A stretch of DNA of 64,000 nucleotides from an uncultured Gemmatimonadaceae bacterium (GCA_963843845.1 CAWJMB010000002.1:3136001-3200000); one strand, 5' to 3'; positions 31,535 to 42,556 are shown, numbered from the stretch's first letter. A program made the numbers and translations. The notes: generated by a model not told the origin, from the sequence alone.

Positions 31535-31591
31535 TGCGGATCGTGCGTGCTGCAGCGGGTCGGGAACGGACGTCGCGAGAGAACCCGGAAG

Positions 31592-32224
31592 CTATCGAGT
31601 CCCCGAAGTCCGAGCGACCCGAGGCGCCGGGCCGGCCGTGACGAGCCGCACCACTTCCGCCGCGATCGCGTCGAGCGGCACGACCGAGCAGTGCGCGCTG
31701 GTCGTCGCCCGCACGGCGCTCAGCGCGGCCTGCGGCATCGTGCCCACCTCCGCCGTCTCGGGCGTCTGCACGACCGCCCACCCGCCCGATTCGACGACGC
31801 GCCGTAGCCCCCGCGCGCCGTCATCGTTCGCCCCCGTGAGCACGACCCCGATGGCGCACGCGCCGTACGCGTCGGCGGCGGCGATGAGCGACACGTCGAT
31901 CGACGGGCGGCTGAAGCGCACCGGCGCGTCGGACGAGAGCGCGAAGTGACCGTCGCGCATCAGCACGTGCTCGTCCGGCGGCGCGACGTAGACGTGCGAC
32001 CGCGCGATCCGCTGTCCCTCCTCGGCGTTCACGACGGGCCGCGTCGTCTCGTCCTGCAGCAACTGCGTGAGCATCCCGTCCGCGTCTCGCGCGCGATGCT
32101 GCACGAGCAGCACCGGCGTCGTGAACGTCTCCGGCAGCGCGCGCACCACCGTGCCGAGTGCGTGAAGCCCGCCCCACGAGGCGCCGATGACCACGATCTC
32201 GAATGCCTGCCCCGACGCCGTCAT
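31592..32224 (-). CDS. cheB: Stand-alone CheB-type methylesterase without a receiver domain
   Basis: GASWGG, VQHR, RPSID, LTGANDDG. Confidence 0.88.
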   Translation of the reverse strand: MTASGQAFEIVVIGASWGGLHALGTVVRALPETFTTPVLLVQHRARDADGMLTQLLQDETTRPVVNAEEGQRIARSHVYVAPPDEHVLMRDGHFALSSDAPVRFSRPSIDVSLIAAADAYGACAIGVVLTGANDDGARGLRRVVESGGWAVVQTPETAEVGTMPQAALSAVRATTSAHCSVVPLDAIAAEVVRLVTAGPAPRVARTSGTR

Positions 32225-33534
32225 GCCCCGCTCTCGAGCACCCGCCGTGCCACGCTCGGCGCAGGCGGCGCAGGCGGCGCAGGCGGCGCAGGCGGCGCAG
32301 GCGGCGCAGGCGAGCCTCCCGGCGCCGGCGAGGGCACCGTCGACGTGACGACGCGCACCGCGATCCCGCCGTTGCTCGTCTGCAGCGCCTCGTGCCAGCG
32401 CAGCCCCGTGCGCCGCTCGAGCTGCGGATCGGCCGAGAGGAGGGCGACCGTCCACCCCGGCGCGCGCTCGCGCACGACGTCGCCGAACCGCGCGTAGAGC
32501 GCGCCGAGGGCGTCCGTCTCGCCGAGGCGCTTTCCGTACGGGGGATTCGCGACGATCCACCCCCGGCGGGGCGAGGCGCCGCCGTTCGGCAGCTCGAGTT
32601 CGGACACGGTGCGGCGCTCGATCGTCAGGTCGCCGACGACGCCGGCGCGTGCCGCATTGCTCCCGGTGGCCTCGACGGCGCCGGCGTCGCGATCGCTCGC
32701 GACGATCGGGGCCGGGGCGTGCGGCAAGGCCTGCCCGTCGGCCTCGTCGAGCATCCGTCGCCAGGCGGTCGCGTCGTGTCCGTCCCACCGCTCGAACGCG
32801 AAGCGGCGCTGCCGCCCGGGCGCGATCCGCCGCGCGAGCAGCGCGCCCTCGATCGCGAGCGTTCCCGAGCCGCACATCGGGTCGATGAGCGGGGTCGCCG
32901 GATCCCAGCGCGCGGCGAGCAGCATCGCGGCGGCGAGCGTCTCGCGGAGCGGCGCCTTCGCGACGGCCTCGCGGTACCCTCGGCGATGCAGCAGCGCGCC
33001 GGAGCTGTCGGCGCTGACGACACAACGGTCGTGAACGAAGCGCACGGTGAACAGCTGCGCCGCGACGTCGTGCTCATGCCGCGCCTCCTCGTCGCCGGCC
33101 GCGTCCTCGTGGGCGGCGGACCACGCGCCGCTCCCGCCGACCGCGCGCGCGGCCGCGTCCGCCACGCGCTCGGCGACCGCGTCCGAGTGATAGAGTCGCG
33201 ACTTGCGGCAGCTCACGCGGAGCCGGAGCGGGCGGGACGCATCGACGAACCGCGCCCACGGCGCGCGCCGCGCGTGACGCTCGAGCTCGGAGAACGACGC
33301 CGCGTGAAACGCCGCGACGCGGACGACGATGCGGCTCGCGGTGCGCGACCAGAGGTTCGCCGCCCACAGCTGGTCGCGCGTCGCCTCGAACGCGACGCCC
33401 CCGGCTTCGATCGTGCCGGTCGTGATGCCTAACGCCCGCAGCTCACCGGCGCAGAGCGGCGCGAGGCCGGGGGCCGTGACGGCGAACGCGGCGAACGCGG
33501 CGGATCGGTCGGAGGTGCGAGCGGTGGACGGCAT
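32221..33534 (-). CDS. THUMP-domain RNA m2G methyltransferase (RlmL-like)
   Basis: LHRRGYR, APLRETLAAA, DPMCGSGT, NPPYG. Confidence 0.9.
   Translation of the reverse strand: MPSTARTSDRSAAFAAFAVTAPGLAPLCAGELRALGITTGTIEAGGVAFEATRDQLWAANLWSRTASRIVVRVAAFHAASFSELERHARRAPWARFVDASRPLRLRVSCRKSRLYHSDAVAERVADAAARAVGGSGAWSAAHEDAAGDEEARHEHDVAAQLFTVRFVHDRCVVSADSSGALLHRRGYREAVAKAPLRETLAAAMLLAARWDPATPLIDPMCGSGTLAIEGALLARRIAPGRQRRFAFERWDGHDATAWRRMLDEADGQALPHAPAPIVASDRDAGAVEATGSNAARAGVVGDLTIERRTVSELELPNGGASPRRGWIVANPPYGKRLGETDALGALYARFGDVVRERAPGWTVALLSADPQLERRTGLRWHEALQTSNGGIAVRVVTSTVPSPAPGGSPAPPAPPAPPAPPAPPAPSVARRVLESGA
32258..32311. repeat. 9-bp tandem repeat x6 encoding a Pro/Ala tail
   Basis: GGCGCAGGC repeated six times. 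Confidence 0.85.
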
Positions 33535-33577
33535 CCGGCGAATGTAACGGGCACGAGGCGTGCGACTCGCGGCGCCC

Positions 33578-34081
33578 ATGATCGATTCCCTCCCGACCAG
33601 CCCCGCCCTCACCGACGCCGAGACGCGGTCCCGCATCTGCCGACTCGCGTTCGGTGGCGACGAGGCGCGCTTTCAGCAGTTCCTCGACGTGCTGCACGAC
33701 GTCATCCCGCCCAATGTGATGATCATTCTGCGCGGGAGCGCCGTGACCGGCACGCGCTGGGAGGACGGCGCGCCGTTCGACGCCGATGGCCCGGGGACGA
33801 GCGACCTCGACCTCACGCTCGTCGGTGGCAACATGGTGAAGATGTTCGACGTGTTCTACATCCCCGGCATGCACACCGCGCCGCTCAACGACGAGCACCC
33901 CGAAGTCTCGACGACCTTTCGCCCGCTGCGCCACGCGCTGTGCACGATCGCGCGACGGCCGGTGAACATCCAGGCGACGGCCGACGTCGTGCAGTTCGTC
34001 CGCGACGTGACGATGAACCAGCCGTACTACGTGCTCGTCGACAAGCGGAGCGACGAGAGCGAGCCGCCGGCGCCCGCGTGA
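33578..34081 (+). CDS. Minimal Pol-beta superfamily nucleotidyltransferase-like protein
   Basis: IILRGSAVTG...PFDADGPGTSDLDLTL (hGS...DxD). Confidence 0.65.
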   Translation: MIDSLPTSPALTDAETRSRICRLAFGGDEARFQQFLDVLHDVIPPNVMIILRGSAVTGTRWEDGAPFDADGPGTSDLDLTLVGGNMVKMFDVFYIPGMHTAPLNDEHPEVSTTFRPLRHALCTIARRPVNIQATADVVQFVRDVTMNQPYYVLVDKRSDESEPPAPA

Positions 34082-34088
34082 TCGCGTC

Positions 34089-34835
34089 GTGCCGCTCCGC
34101 ATCCTGAGCTACAACATCCGCTACGGCGGCACCGGGCGCGACGCGCTGCTCGCCGGCGTGATCCGGGACGCGATGCCAGACGTCGTGATGCTGCAGGAAG
34201 CGACCGACCCGCGCGTCGTGGCCAGTCTCGCCGAGCGCACGGGCCTCGAGCACCACGGCTCCCGCCCCGGCCACTCCGCAGGGTTTCTCAGCCGCGAGCG
34301 CATGGCGTCGTACGCGTGGCACCACCCGCGCGGCGCGAAGCACGCGTTTCTCGAGATCGTGCTGCCGAACGACGTCGGACGCCTGTACGGTCTGCACCTC
34401 AACGCCTGGTTCTCGAAGTGGAGCGAGCGGCGGCGGGTGCACGAGATCCGCGCGCTCCTCGGCGCGATCAGGGAGCACCAACACGGCTTCCACATCATCG
34501 CCGGCGACTTCAACGCGCTCGAGCCGGGCGTCACGCTCGAGACGGCGAAGCTGCCGCGCTGGATCCAGGCGATGATCTGGGTGAGTGGCCGCGACATCGC
34601 GCGCGATACGATCGGCGTCATGCAGGAGGCCGGCTATGCCGACGCGTGGCGCCGCTTCCACGACGGCGACCCCGGCCTCACGTTCCCCGTCTGGGATCCG
34701 CACGTTCGCTTCGACTACCTGTTCACGCCGTCTCGGTATGCCGAGCGGTTGCTGCGGTGCGACGTGCTGTACGAGGCGCCGGACGTGAAGCGCGCGTCCG
34801 ATCACTTCCCCCTGCTCGTCGACCTCGACGTGTAG
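34089..34835 (+). CDS. Endonuclease/exonuclease/phosphatase (EEP) family protein
   Basis: LSYNI, DVVMLQE, AGDFN, RFDYLF, SDHFP. Confidence 0.92.
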   Translation: MPLRILSYNIRYGGTGRDALLAGVIRDAMPDVVMLQEATDPRVVASLAERTGLEHHGSRPGHSAGFLSRERMASYAWHHPRGAKHAFLEIVLPNDVGRLYGLHLNAWFSKWSERRRVHEIRALLGAIREHQHGFHIIAGDFNALEPGVTLETAKLPRWIQAMIWVSGRDIARDTIGVMQEAGYADAWRRFHDGDPGLTFPVWDPHVRFDYLFTPSRYAERLLRCDVLYEAPDVKRASDHFPLLVDLDV

Positions 34836-35461
34836 CGGCGCCACGCGCGCCACCCGCGCCATCCGAGCAACGAAGCGAACACGAGCCCCCAGACGAGCGG
34901 CTCCGTGTGATCCTTCTTCTGGCTCCACCAGAAGTGCAGCACGCCCAGCGGGACGACCACGTAGGTCAGCTGGTGCAGCCGGTTCCACCGCGCGCCGCCG
35001 AGGCGGCGGATCGACGCGGTGGTGCTCGTGAGCGCGAGCGGCACGAGCAGCAGCCACGCCGTGAAGCCGACGGCGATGTACGGACGCTTGACCAGCTCGC
35101 GTCCGAGATCGCGCCACACCAGCTCGAGGTCGAGCGCGGCATAGGTCACGAGGTGCGCGGTCGCATACCCGAACGCCAGCAGGCCGACGATGCGACGATA
35201 CCGGGCCAGCCAGTTCCACCCGGTGAGCTGACGCAGCGGTGTGACGAGGAGCGTCGCCGCGAGGAAGCGGATCGTCAGATTCCCCGTCTCGTGCTCGAGC
35301 CCGCGCACCGGCTCGCGGCCCAACGTGTGCGGTTCGCCGGTATAGGCGCGCCACAGCTGCCACGCGAGCCACACCGCCGGCGCGGCGCCGAGCAGCCAGA
35401 CGACGAGCCTCGCGGGGCGAGCGCCGAAGCCGGTGCCTAACGCGGCGCGATCGAACGCCAC
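34802..35461 (-). CDS. msrQ: Methionine sulfoxide reductase heme membrane subunit
   Basis: TPLR, RRIVGLLAFGYATAHL, KRPYI, WNRLHQLTY. Confidence 0.92.
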   Translation of the reverse strand: MAFDRAALGTGFGARPARLVVWLLGAAPAVWLAWQLWRAYTGEPHTLGREPVRGLEHETGNLTIRFLAATLLVTPLRQLTGWNWLARYRRIVGLLAFGYATAHLVTYAALDLELVWRDLGRELVKRPYIAVGFTAWLLLVPLALTSTTASIRRLGGARWNRLHQLTYVVVPLGVLHFWWSQKKDHTEPLVWGLVFASLLGWRGWRAWRRYTSRSTSRGK

Positions 35462-35473
35462 GCGCGTCGCACG

Positions 35474-36433
35474 TTAGTAGTTCCGTCGCAGATCCAACCC
35501 CGCATACATCGACGCGACCTGATCGGCGTAGCCGTTGAACGGCAGCGTGAGCCGCCGCCCGAACTCGCCGACGCGCCGCTCCTTCGCCTGCGACCAGCGC
35601 GGGTGGTCGACCGCCGGGTTGACGTTCGCGTAGAAGCCGTACTCGTCGGGCGCCGCGACGTTCCACGTCGTGCGCGGTCGCTGCTCGGTGAGGCGGATCG
35701 TCACGATCGCCTTCGCCCCCTTGAATCCGTACTTCCACGGCACGACGAGTCTGAGCGGCGCGCCGTTCTGGTTCGGCAGCGCCTTGCCGTACATCCCCGT
35801 CGCGAGCAGCGTCAGCGGGTGCATCGCCTCGTCGAGCCGGAGCGCCTCGACGTACGGCCACGGCAGCACGCTGCTGCGCTGCCCCGGCATCTGGGTCGGG
35901 TCGAGCAGCGTCGTCAGTTGTACGTACTTCGCCGACGGGAGCGGTTCGACCCGACGCAGCACGTCGCCGAGCGGCACGCCGAGCCACGGAATGACCATCG
36001 ACCACCCCTCGACGCAGCGGTGGCGGTAGACGCGCTCCTGCGCCGTGATCCCCTTCAGCAGATCGTCGAGCGCGTAGCGCGCCGGCTTCGCGACGAGCCC
36101 GTCGACGGCGACCGTCCATGGCGCGACGCGCAGCGCGCCCGCGTTCGCCTTCGGATCGTCTTTGTCCGTGCCGAACTCGTAGTAGTTGTTGTAGCTCGTC
36201 GCGTCGTCGTACGTCGTGATCTCGCTCCGCGCCGGCGGCCCCGCCGAGTCGGCGACGGCCGCCTGCGTCGACGCGGCGCCCTCCGCCTCGCCCGACCGAC
36301 AGCCGACGAGGGTGCCGAGCGCACCGCTCAGCGCGATCGTCCCCGCCGCGCCGAGAAAGCGGCGGCGGTCGAGGTAGAGCGGTTCCGGGGTGATCTCGGA
36401 CGACCGGACGTCGTCGGGGCGGCGGATGTGCAT
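35474..36433 (-). CDS. msrP: Methionine sulfoxide reductase Mo catalytic subunit
   Basis: SEITPE, Tat [28 protein letters not shown]. Confidence 0.96.
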   Translation of the reverse strand: MHIRRPDDVRSSEITPEPLYLDRRRFLGAAGTIALSGALGTLVGCRSGEAEGAASTQAAVADSAGPPARSEITTYDDATSYNNYYEFGTDKDDPKANAGALRVAPWTVAVDGLVAKPARYALDDLLKGITAQERVYRHRCVEGWSMVIPWLGVPLGDVLRRVEPLPSAKYVQLTTLLDPTQMPGQRSSVLPWPYVEALRLDEAMHPLTLLATGMYGKALPNQNGAPLRLVVPWKYGFKGAKAIVTIRLTEQRPRTTWNVAAPDEYGFYANVNPAVDHPRWSQAKERRVGEFGRRLTLPFNGYADQVASMYAGLDLRRNY

Positions 36434-36479
36434 CGGGTGGTGGCTGTCGTCTCTCGCTGCGCTCGTGGGGGCGGTCGCG

Positions 36480-37634
36480 TCAGCCGCCCATGGTGTCGAT
36501 GGCGCGGTAATAGACGCGACGCTCCTTCGCGCGCGCAGCGTCGACGGCCCCTCCGGCGTCGGCCGCCGGGGTGGCATCGTCCGCCCACGGCCGTCGCGAC
36601 ACGATGTGGCGCCCTCCGCGTTCCGCGCCGTAGTGGTCGTCGATGTTGCCGTAGTCGTGGCGCTCGTAGTCCGCGCTGTCGTAGCGCACGGCGCCGACCG
36701 GCGTCGCCGCGTCGACCGTCCCCCCCTCCTCGATGCGCACCCGCGCGTCGAGCTCGCGAGGATCGATCGCCTGCGCGTCGTCCATCGCGTCGGCGGACGG
36801 CACGTCGTCGCGCGGGTCGTCACGCCGCACGCCCTCGCGGCGCTCCGCGTCGCGGCGCTCGGCGTCGTCGGTCACCGCGGCCTGCATCTGCGCATCGTAG
36901 TTCGCGCGGTCGGCCGGCCGGTCGGCGAGCGTCGCGTTGATCGTGCGCGACTCGTCCGACCCGGCGCCGGCGCCCGGCGTCGCGCCCGGCGTCGCGCTCG
37001 GCGTCGCGCTCGGCGTCGCGCTCGGCATCGCGCTCGGCGTCGCGCTCGCTCCGGCATCGGCTGGCGTGTCGATCCCGGACGGCGCGTCCAGCAACAGCCG
37101 GCGCGGCGACCGGTCGGCGTTGGGGACCGCAGCGAAGCGCAGCTCGTCCTCGCCGCGCCGCATGCGGTACTCGCGGTCTGCGGCGTAGGGTCGGTCGCCG
37201 TAGGCGCGCACGTAGCCGTCGTTGAAGCGCACCATCTCGTCGTCGGAGAGCGCGCCCTGACGCGGCAACGACGGGAGCAGCTCCGCGGCGTCCGGCGCGC
37301 TCAGCTCGCGCGCGTCGATGACGACGCGCTTCGTCGAATGATCGATCCACGCCGCGCGCAGCGGCGCGAGCGTGTGCCGGTCGTCGCGCCGCAGATCGAC
37401 GTCGAGCAGCACGACCTCTGCCGACTCGGTATCGACGAGCAGCTCGTCGACGACGCCCAGCTCGCGCCCCGTCGAGGCGAAGACGTGCCACCCGCGGATG
37501 TCGGGATCGCCGTCGCCGACTTTCCAGTCGTCGAGCTCCTTCAGCGGCCGCAACTCGCGCGCGCGGCGCGGGTCGGGGCCGACGTTCGCTTCGTCGCGCA
37601 GTCCGCGCGGGTGCGTCGAATGCTCTTTCGCCAT
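36480..37634 (-). CDS. PRC-barrel domain protein with acidic disordered tail
   Basis: DPDIRGWHV...[13 protein letters not shown]; 12-bp tandem repeats (SATP) at about 36975-37047. Confidence 0.75.
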   Translation of the reverse strand: MAKEHSTHPRGLRDEANVGPDPRRARELRPLKELDDWKVGDGDPDIRGWHVFASTGRELGVVDELLVDTESAEVVLLDVDLRRDDRHTLAPLRAAWIDHSTKRVVIDARELSAPDAAELLPSLPRQGALSDDEMVRFNDGYVRAYGDRPYAADREYRMRRGEDELRFAAVPNADRSPRRLLLDAPSGIDTPADAGASATPSAMPSATPSATPSATPGATPGAGAGSDESRTINATLADRPADRANYDAQMQAAVTDDAERRDAERREGVRRDDPRDDVPSADAMDDAQAIDPRELDARVRIEEGGTVDAATPVGAVRYDSADYERHDYGNIDDHYGAERGGRHIVSRRPWADDATPAADAGGAVDAARAKERRVYYRAIDTMGG

Positions 37635-37777
37635 GTGTCGGTCCCTCGCCGTCGAAGATGTCGGGAAGTCGTCGGGGTGCTCTCGCTGACGCGGGTCACG
37701 TTGCAAGCTGGCTGCCACCCCTGCGCCCCACCCGCGGCCGCGACCGCCGGCCCGAATCCTGCCCCGGCAGCGGCCAC

Positions 37778-39319
37778 ATGACCTCGACGGACTTCGCGTC
37801 GCCGGGGAGCGAGCACGAGCGTGTCGACACACGCCAGCTCACCCGGTCGCGCGCGCGCAGCATTCTCGCCGAACGCTTCGGCTTCGACGACTTCCAGTAC
37901 CGACAGTTCGAGCCGATCCAGGCCGTGCTCCGCGGCGAGGATGCGCTCGTCGTCATGCCGACCGGCAGCGGCAAGTCGCTCGTCTATCAGTTCCCGGCGC
38001 TGATCCTCCCCGGCCTGACGGTCGTCGTGAGCCCGCTCATCGCGCTCATGAAGGATCAGCACGACAAGCTCGTCGCGCACGGCGTCGACGCGCTCGCCGT
38101 GCACTCCCACATGACGACGCGCCAGACGCGTGCGACCGAGCAGGCGATCGCCGATGGCGGCGGCGACATTCTCTACGTCACCCCCGAGCGCTTCAAGGAT
38201 CGCGAGTTCTTCGACACGCTGCTCACCCGCTCGGTGAGTCTGTTCGTCGTCGACGAGGCGCACTGCGTGAGTCAGTGGGGGCACGACTTCCGCCCCGACT
38301 ACCTCACGTTGGGCTCGATCGTGCAGCGACTCGGCCGGCCGCCGGTGATGGCGCTCACGGCCACGGCCACCGCCGAGGTCCGCGCCGACATCATCCGGCA
38401 GCTCGGCATGCGCGACCCGCACGTGACGATCACCGGCTTCGCGCGACCCAACCTCCGCTTCGAGGTCGCGCGCAGCGTCAACAACGCGGTGAAAGACGAG
38501 ACGCTCGAGCGGATCGTGACCTCCACGCCCGGCTCCGGCGTGATCTACGTCGCGACGATCAAGGAAGCCGAACGGTTGCACGAGCAGCTCAGCGAGCGCT
38601 TCCACCGCGAGCTGGCCTTCGGCCTCTACCACGGCAAGCTCGCGCCGAATGAGCGCAAGGACGCGCAGAACGCGTTCATGGCCGACGGGCTCAAGGCGAT
38701 GATCGCGACCAACGCGTTCGGTCTGGGCATCGACAAGCCGGACATTCGCTTCGTCGTGCACTACCACTTCCCCGGCTCGGTCGAGGCGTACTATCAGGAA
38801 GCGGGGCGCGCCGGCCGCGACGGCGACCCGTCCACCTGCACGCTGCTCTACCGCGTCGAGGACCGCCGCATCCAGAGCTACTTCCTCGGCGGCAAGTACC
38901 CCGAGGTCGAGGAGGCGGCGAAGGTCGCGATCGTCCTCGAGACGTACCCGTCGGGCCAGCCCGTGCCGCTCGACGAGCTCGCCGAGCGCAGCGGCGTCGC
39001 GCGACGCAAGGCGCGCATCGCCCTCATGCTCCTCAAGCGCCACGGCATGGTGCGCGAGCACCGCGGCCTGCGCTGGGAGCGACTCGCCGACCGGCTCACG
39101 CAGGTCGACCTCAGCGCCGACCTCACGGACTACGAGGACCGCCGCGCGCGCGACCAGGCGAAGCTTCAGGCCATCGTGGACTTCGCGCAGACCGCGCGCT
39201 GCCGCACGCGCTTCATCCTCGAATACTTCGGCGAGGCCGTCGACGTCGACTGGCGCTGCGGCAACTGCGACGCGTGCGACGCGATGGAGGCGTGGGACGT
39301 CAGGCGCCGCCCCGCCTGA
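37778..39319 (+). CDS. recQ: RecQ family DNA helicase
   Basis: [41 protein letters not shown]. Confidence 0.93.
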   Translation: MTSTDFASPGSEHERVDTRQLTRSRARSILAERFGFDDFQYRQFEPIQAVLRGEDALVVMPTGSGKSLVYQFPALILPGLTVVVSPLIALMKDQHDKLVAHGVDALAVHSHMTTRQTRATEQAIADGGGDILYVTPERFKDREFFDTLLTRSVSLFVVDEAHCVSQWGHDFRPDYLTLGSIVQRLGRPPVMALTATATAEVRADIIRQLGMRDPHVTITGFARPNLRFEVARSVNNAVKDETLERIVTSTPGSGVIYVATIKEAERLHEQLSERFHRELAFGLYHGKLAPNERKDAQNAFMADGLKAMIATNAFGLGIDKPDIRFVVHYHFPGSVEAYYQEAGRAGRDGDPSTCTLLYRVEDRRIQSYFLGGKYPEVEEAAKVAIVLETYPSGQPVPLDELAERSGVARRKARIALMLLKRHGMVREHRGLRWERLADRLTQVDLSADLTDYEDRRARDQAKLQAIVDFAQTARCRTRFILEYFGEAVDVDWRCGNCDACDAMEAWDVRRRPA

Positions 39320-39368
39320 CGCGCGGCGTCGGCGGGGCCGGACCGGCCGAGCCGCGTACGTTTCCCCC

Positions 39369-40490
39369 ATGCTCCCCGACGTCTCGCTCTTCGACCGCCC
39401 CTACTACGGGAACAGCGCCCGCGACTGGCTCCTCGCGTTAGGCACCGTCGTCGCGCTCTGGCTCGCCCTCGCGCTCGTCCGCCGCGCCGTCATCCGACGC
39501 CTCGAGCGCTCCGCGTCGCGCACGAGCACCGCGGTCGACGACGTCGCGTTAGGCGCCTTCCGCCGTACCCACGCCGCGTTCCTGTTCGCCGTCGCGCTGC
39601 GCGGCGCCGAGCACACGATGCTGGTGCTGCCGACGCGCGTCGACGGCGCGGTCCACCTGTTCGTCGAGCTCGTCGCGCTCTGGCAGGCGGCGAGTTGGGG
39701 ATCCGGCGCGATCGGGCTCGCCGTCGAGGCGGCGGCGCGGCGGCGCGGCGCGCACGACAAGGCGAGCGTCACGACGCTGAACGTCCTCGGCGTCATCGCG
39801 CGCCTCGTGCTGTGGCTGCTGCTGCTGCTGCTCGCGCTCGCCGCGTTCGACATCGACGTCACCGGACTCGTCACCGGGCTCGGCATCGCGGGCGTCGCCG
39901 TCGCCCTGGCGGTGCAGAGCATCCTCGGCGACCTGTTCGCGTCGCTCTCCATCGCGCTCGACAAGCCGTTCGTGCTCGGCGACACGATCACCGTCGATCA
40001 GTTCACCGGGACCGTCGAGGACATCGGCCTCAAGACCACGCGGCTCCGCGCGCTGAGCGGCGAGACCCTCGTCTTCTCGAACGCCGACCTCCTCAAGGCG
40101 CGCATCCGGAACTATCGGGGGCAGGCGGAGCGGCGCGTGCAGTTCGCGCTGAACGTCGCGCCGGACACGCTCCCCGAGCGCCTCGAGCGCGTGCCCGCGA
40201 TCGTGCGCGAGCTCCTCGCCGCCGAGCCGGCGGTGCGCGTCGACCGCGCGCACGTGAGTGCGATCACCGACAGCGCGCTCGTCGTCGAGGCGGTCTACTT
40301 CGTGACGACGGGCGACTACGGCGTCTACATGGACGTGCAGCAGCGCTTCTACCTCGCACTGCTGCGCCGCCTCGCCGCCGAGGGGATCGCCCTCGTGCGC
40401 CCGGTCCCGCCGGTCGTCGTGAACGGAGCGCCGGGTCCGGACGAGACGCTCCCCGCCGCGCCTACTCCTCCAGACGCGCGTCGAGCGTGA
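39369..40490 (+). CDS. MscS mechanosensitive channel
   Basis: LGIAGVAVALAVQ, DKPFVLGD, GTVEDIGLKTTRLR. Confidence 0.92.
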   Translation: MLPDVSLFDRPYYGNSARDWLLALGTVVALWLALALVRRAVIRRLERSASRTSTAVDDVALGAFRRTHAAFLFAVALRGAEHTMLVLPTRVDGAVHLFVELVALWQAASWGSGAIGLAVEAAARRRGAHDKASVTTLNVLGVIARLVLWLLLLLLALAAFDIDVTGLVTGLGIAGVAVALAVQSILGDLFASLSIALDKPFVLGDTITVDQFTGTVEDIGLKTTRLRALSGETLVFSNADLLKARIRNYRGQAERRVQFALNVAPDTLPERLERVPAIVRELLAAEPAVRVDRAHVSAITDSALVVEAVYFVTTGDYGVYMDVQQRFYLALLRRLAAEGIALVRPVPPVVVNGAPGPDETLPAAPTPPDARRA

Positions 40491-40896
40491 TCTCGACGTT
40501 CCCGAGGAGCGCTTTCGACACCGGGCACTCGCTCTTCGTCGCCTCGGCCACGTCCTTGAAGGCGTCTCGATCGGCCCCGGGGATCCGCGCCGTCGTCGTC
40601 AGGGCGATCCGCGTGATGCGCCAGCCCCCGCCGTCGCCACGTTCGATCGTGCACGCCGCGCTCGTCTCGATGCGCTCCGGACGCATCCCGGCCTTCTCCA
40701 GCGATCCGCTGAGCGCCATGCTGTAGCACGCGGCCTCGGCGGCGGCGAGCAGCTCTTCCGGGTTGCTGCCCCCGCCGCTCTCGAAGCGCGAGCCGAACGA
40801 GTAGTCGGCGCTCAACGCGCCGCTCTCTCCCGTGAATGAGCCCTTTCCATCGCGTAGCAATCCTTCCCAGACGGCGTTCGCAGTGCGTGTCGGCAT
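40462..40896 (-). CDS. osmC: OsmC family peroxiredoxin
   Basis: AVWEG, SNPEELLAAAEAACYSM, CPVSKAL. Confidence 0.92.
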   Translation of the reverse strand: MPTRTANAVWEGLLRDGKGSFTGESGALSADYSFGSRFESGGGSNPEELLAAAEAACYSMALSGSLEKAGMRPERIETSAACTIERGDGGGWRITRIALTTTARIPGADRDAFKDVAEATKSECPVSKALLGNVEITLDARLEE

Positions 40897-40924
40897 GATC
40901 GTGTCCTCGAGGGTCGAGCGACTG

Positions 40925-42556
40925 GTGCGCGTCCGCGACTCGGGCGGCGCGCGCGCGGCGCGCGGGCGCAGTCGCACGACTCGGGCCGCGCACGGTGCCG
41001 GCGTACTGCGAGCCGTCCTGGCGCGAGTCATCACGCTCGTCATCGCGATCGCCTGCGGCAGCGACCGCAAGGGCCCGGCGCCGAGCGGCACCAGCGCGGC
41101 GATCGACGCGCCGACCCGCGACTCCTCGGCGTTCGTGCCGGTCGCGCTCGCGCCGTCGCGCGTCGCCGTGCCGATTCGCTACGACCTCGCCCCCGCGATC
41201 GCCGTGCTCGAGCAGGCGGTGCCACGCACGTTCGGCGATCTCGCCGACCGGAAGCCGGTGACGGGGCACAAGAGCATGTCGTACGCGTTCGACGCGACGC
41301 GCACCGGGTTCGACGTCCGTGTGCGCGGCACGACGGTCACGATCTCGTCGGTCGTCGCGTACCGCGCGCGCGGCTGGGTGAAGCCGGTCGGCATCGGCCC
41401 GTCGCTCTCCGGGTCGTGCGGGATGGACGACGAGCCGCCTCGCCTTCGCATCACGCTCGTCTCCGCGTTGCGCCTGGCCCCCGACTGGACGCTGCGCGCG
41501 AACACTGCCGTGCCGACCGTCGCGCCGATGAGCGACTCGACGCGCGACAAGTGCCGCGTCACGATCGTCAACCTCGACGTCACCGACCGCGCGGTAGCGG
41601 CCGTCCGCGCCGCGCTCGAGGGAAAGGCCACGCTGCTCGACGAGCGCATCCGCCGGGTCGACGTGCGCTCGAAGGTCGGCACGTGGTGGGCGATTCTCGG
41701 GCGGCCGATCAGGATGGGGAACGACGCGTGGCTCGAGATCCGCCCCGAGTCGGTGAGCGTCGGTACGCTGCGCGCCAGCGGGCGGACGATGGTCGCGCCG
41801 GTGACGCTCGTCGCGCGCCCGCGCATCGCGACCGGCTCGCGCCCCGACTCGTCGACGATCGCGCTCCCCGACATCACACCGCGCGCGAAGGGGGAGGGCG
41901 CGACCGACAGCGCGGAGACCGGGCTCCACCTGCTGCTCGAGGCCGTGCTCGGCTACGACGTCGCCACACGCATGCTCACGCGCCAGCTCGTCGGACGGCA
42001 CTTCGAGCGCGGCGGCCAGTCGGTCACCGTACGCGCCGCGAGCGTCTTCCCGGCAGCCGGCGGACGCGTTGCGCTCGCGCTCGCGCTCGTCGGCGACGTC
42101 GACGCGCGTGTCGTGTTCGCCGGACGCCCTGCCTACGACCGCGCGACCGGGATGCTCGCCGTTCCCGACCTCGATTACAGCGTCGCCGACGCGTCGCTCC
42201 TCGTGCGCGGCGCCGACGGCGTCGCCCACGACGCGCTGCGCGACGCGCTCCGCGACCGAGCCCGGTTCCCCATCACGGCGCTCATCGACTCCGCCCGCCT
42301 CCGCGCCGAGCGCGCGATGAACCGCGAGCTGACGCGCGGCGTCGTGCTGGGCGCCACCGTCACGCATGCCCGCGCCCTCGGCGTACGCGCCGCTCCCGAC
42401 GGCTTTCGCGTACAGGCCGAGGCCCTCGGCACGCTGTCGCTCGACGTCGACCGCGCGCCCAGCGTCAGGCGCCGACGCGCCGCGTCGGCGGCGTCGCCCG
42501 CGAAGCCCGAAGTGAAGAAGTCCGTGCCCGACACCAGGAAGCCCTCGTCCCGATGA
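40925..42556 (+). CDS. Probable lipoprotein, DUF4403-like
   Basis: IAIAC lipobox, SGSCG, W..L.RPI; start uncertain. Confidence 0.6.
   Translation: MRVRDSGGARAARGRSRTTRAAHGAGVLRAVLARVITLVIAIACGSDRKGPAPSGTSAAIDAPTRDSSAFVPVALAPSRVAVPIRYDLAPAIAVLEQAVPRTFGDLADRKPVTGHKSMSYAFDATRTGFDVRVRGTTVTISSVVAYRARGWVKPVGIGPSLSGSCGMDDEPPRLRITLVSALRLAPDWTLRANTAVPTVAPMSDSTRDKCRVTIVNLDVTDRAVAAVRAALEGKATLLDERIRRVDVRSKVGTWWAILGRPIRMGNDAWLEIRPESVSVGTLRASGRTMVAPVTLVARPRIATGSRPDSSTIALPDITPRAKGEGATDSAETGLHLLLEAVLGYDVATRMLTRQLVGRHFERGGQSVTVRAASVFPAAGGRVALALALVGDVDARVVFAGRPAYDRATGMLAVPDLDYSVADASLLVRGADGVAHDALRDALRDRARFPITALIDSARLRAERAMNRELTRGVVLGATVTHARALGVRAAPDGFRVQAEALGTLSLDVDRAPSVRRRRAASAASPAKPEVKKSVPDTRKPSSR

Noticed and set aside
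32258..32311. Phase-variable repeat
   Set aside because: The 9-bp unit preserves frame and lies in a low-complexity tail
36480..37634. Photosynthetic reaction centre H subunit (puhA)
   Set aside because: Only the generic PRC barrel is present; no N-terminal TM helix and no puf or bch genes nearby
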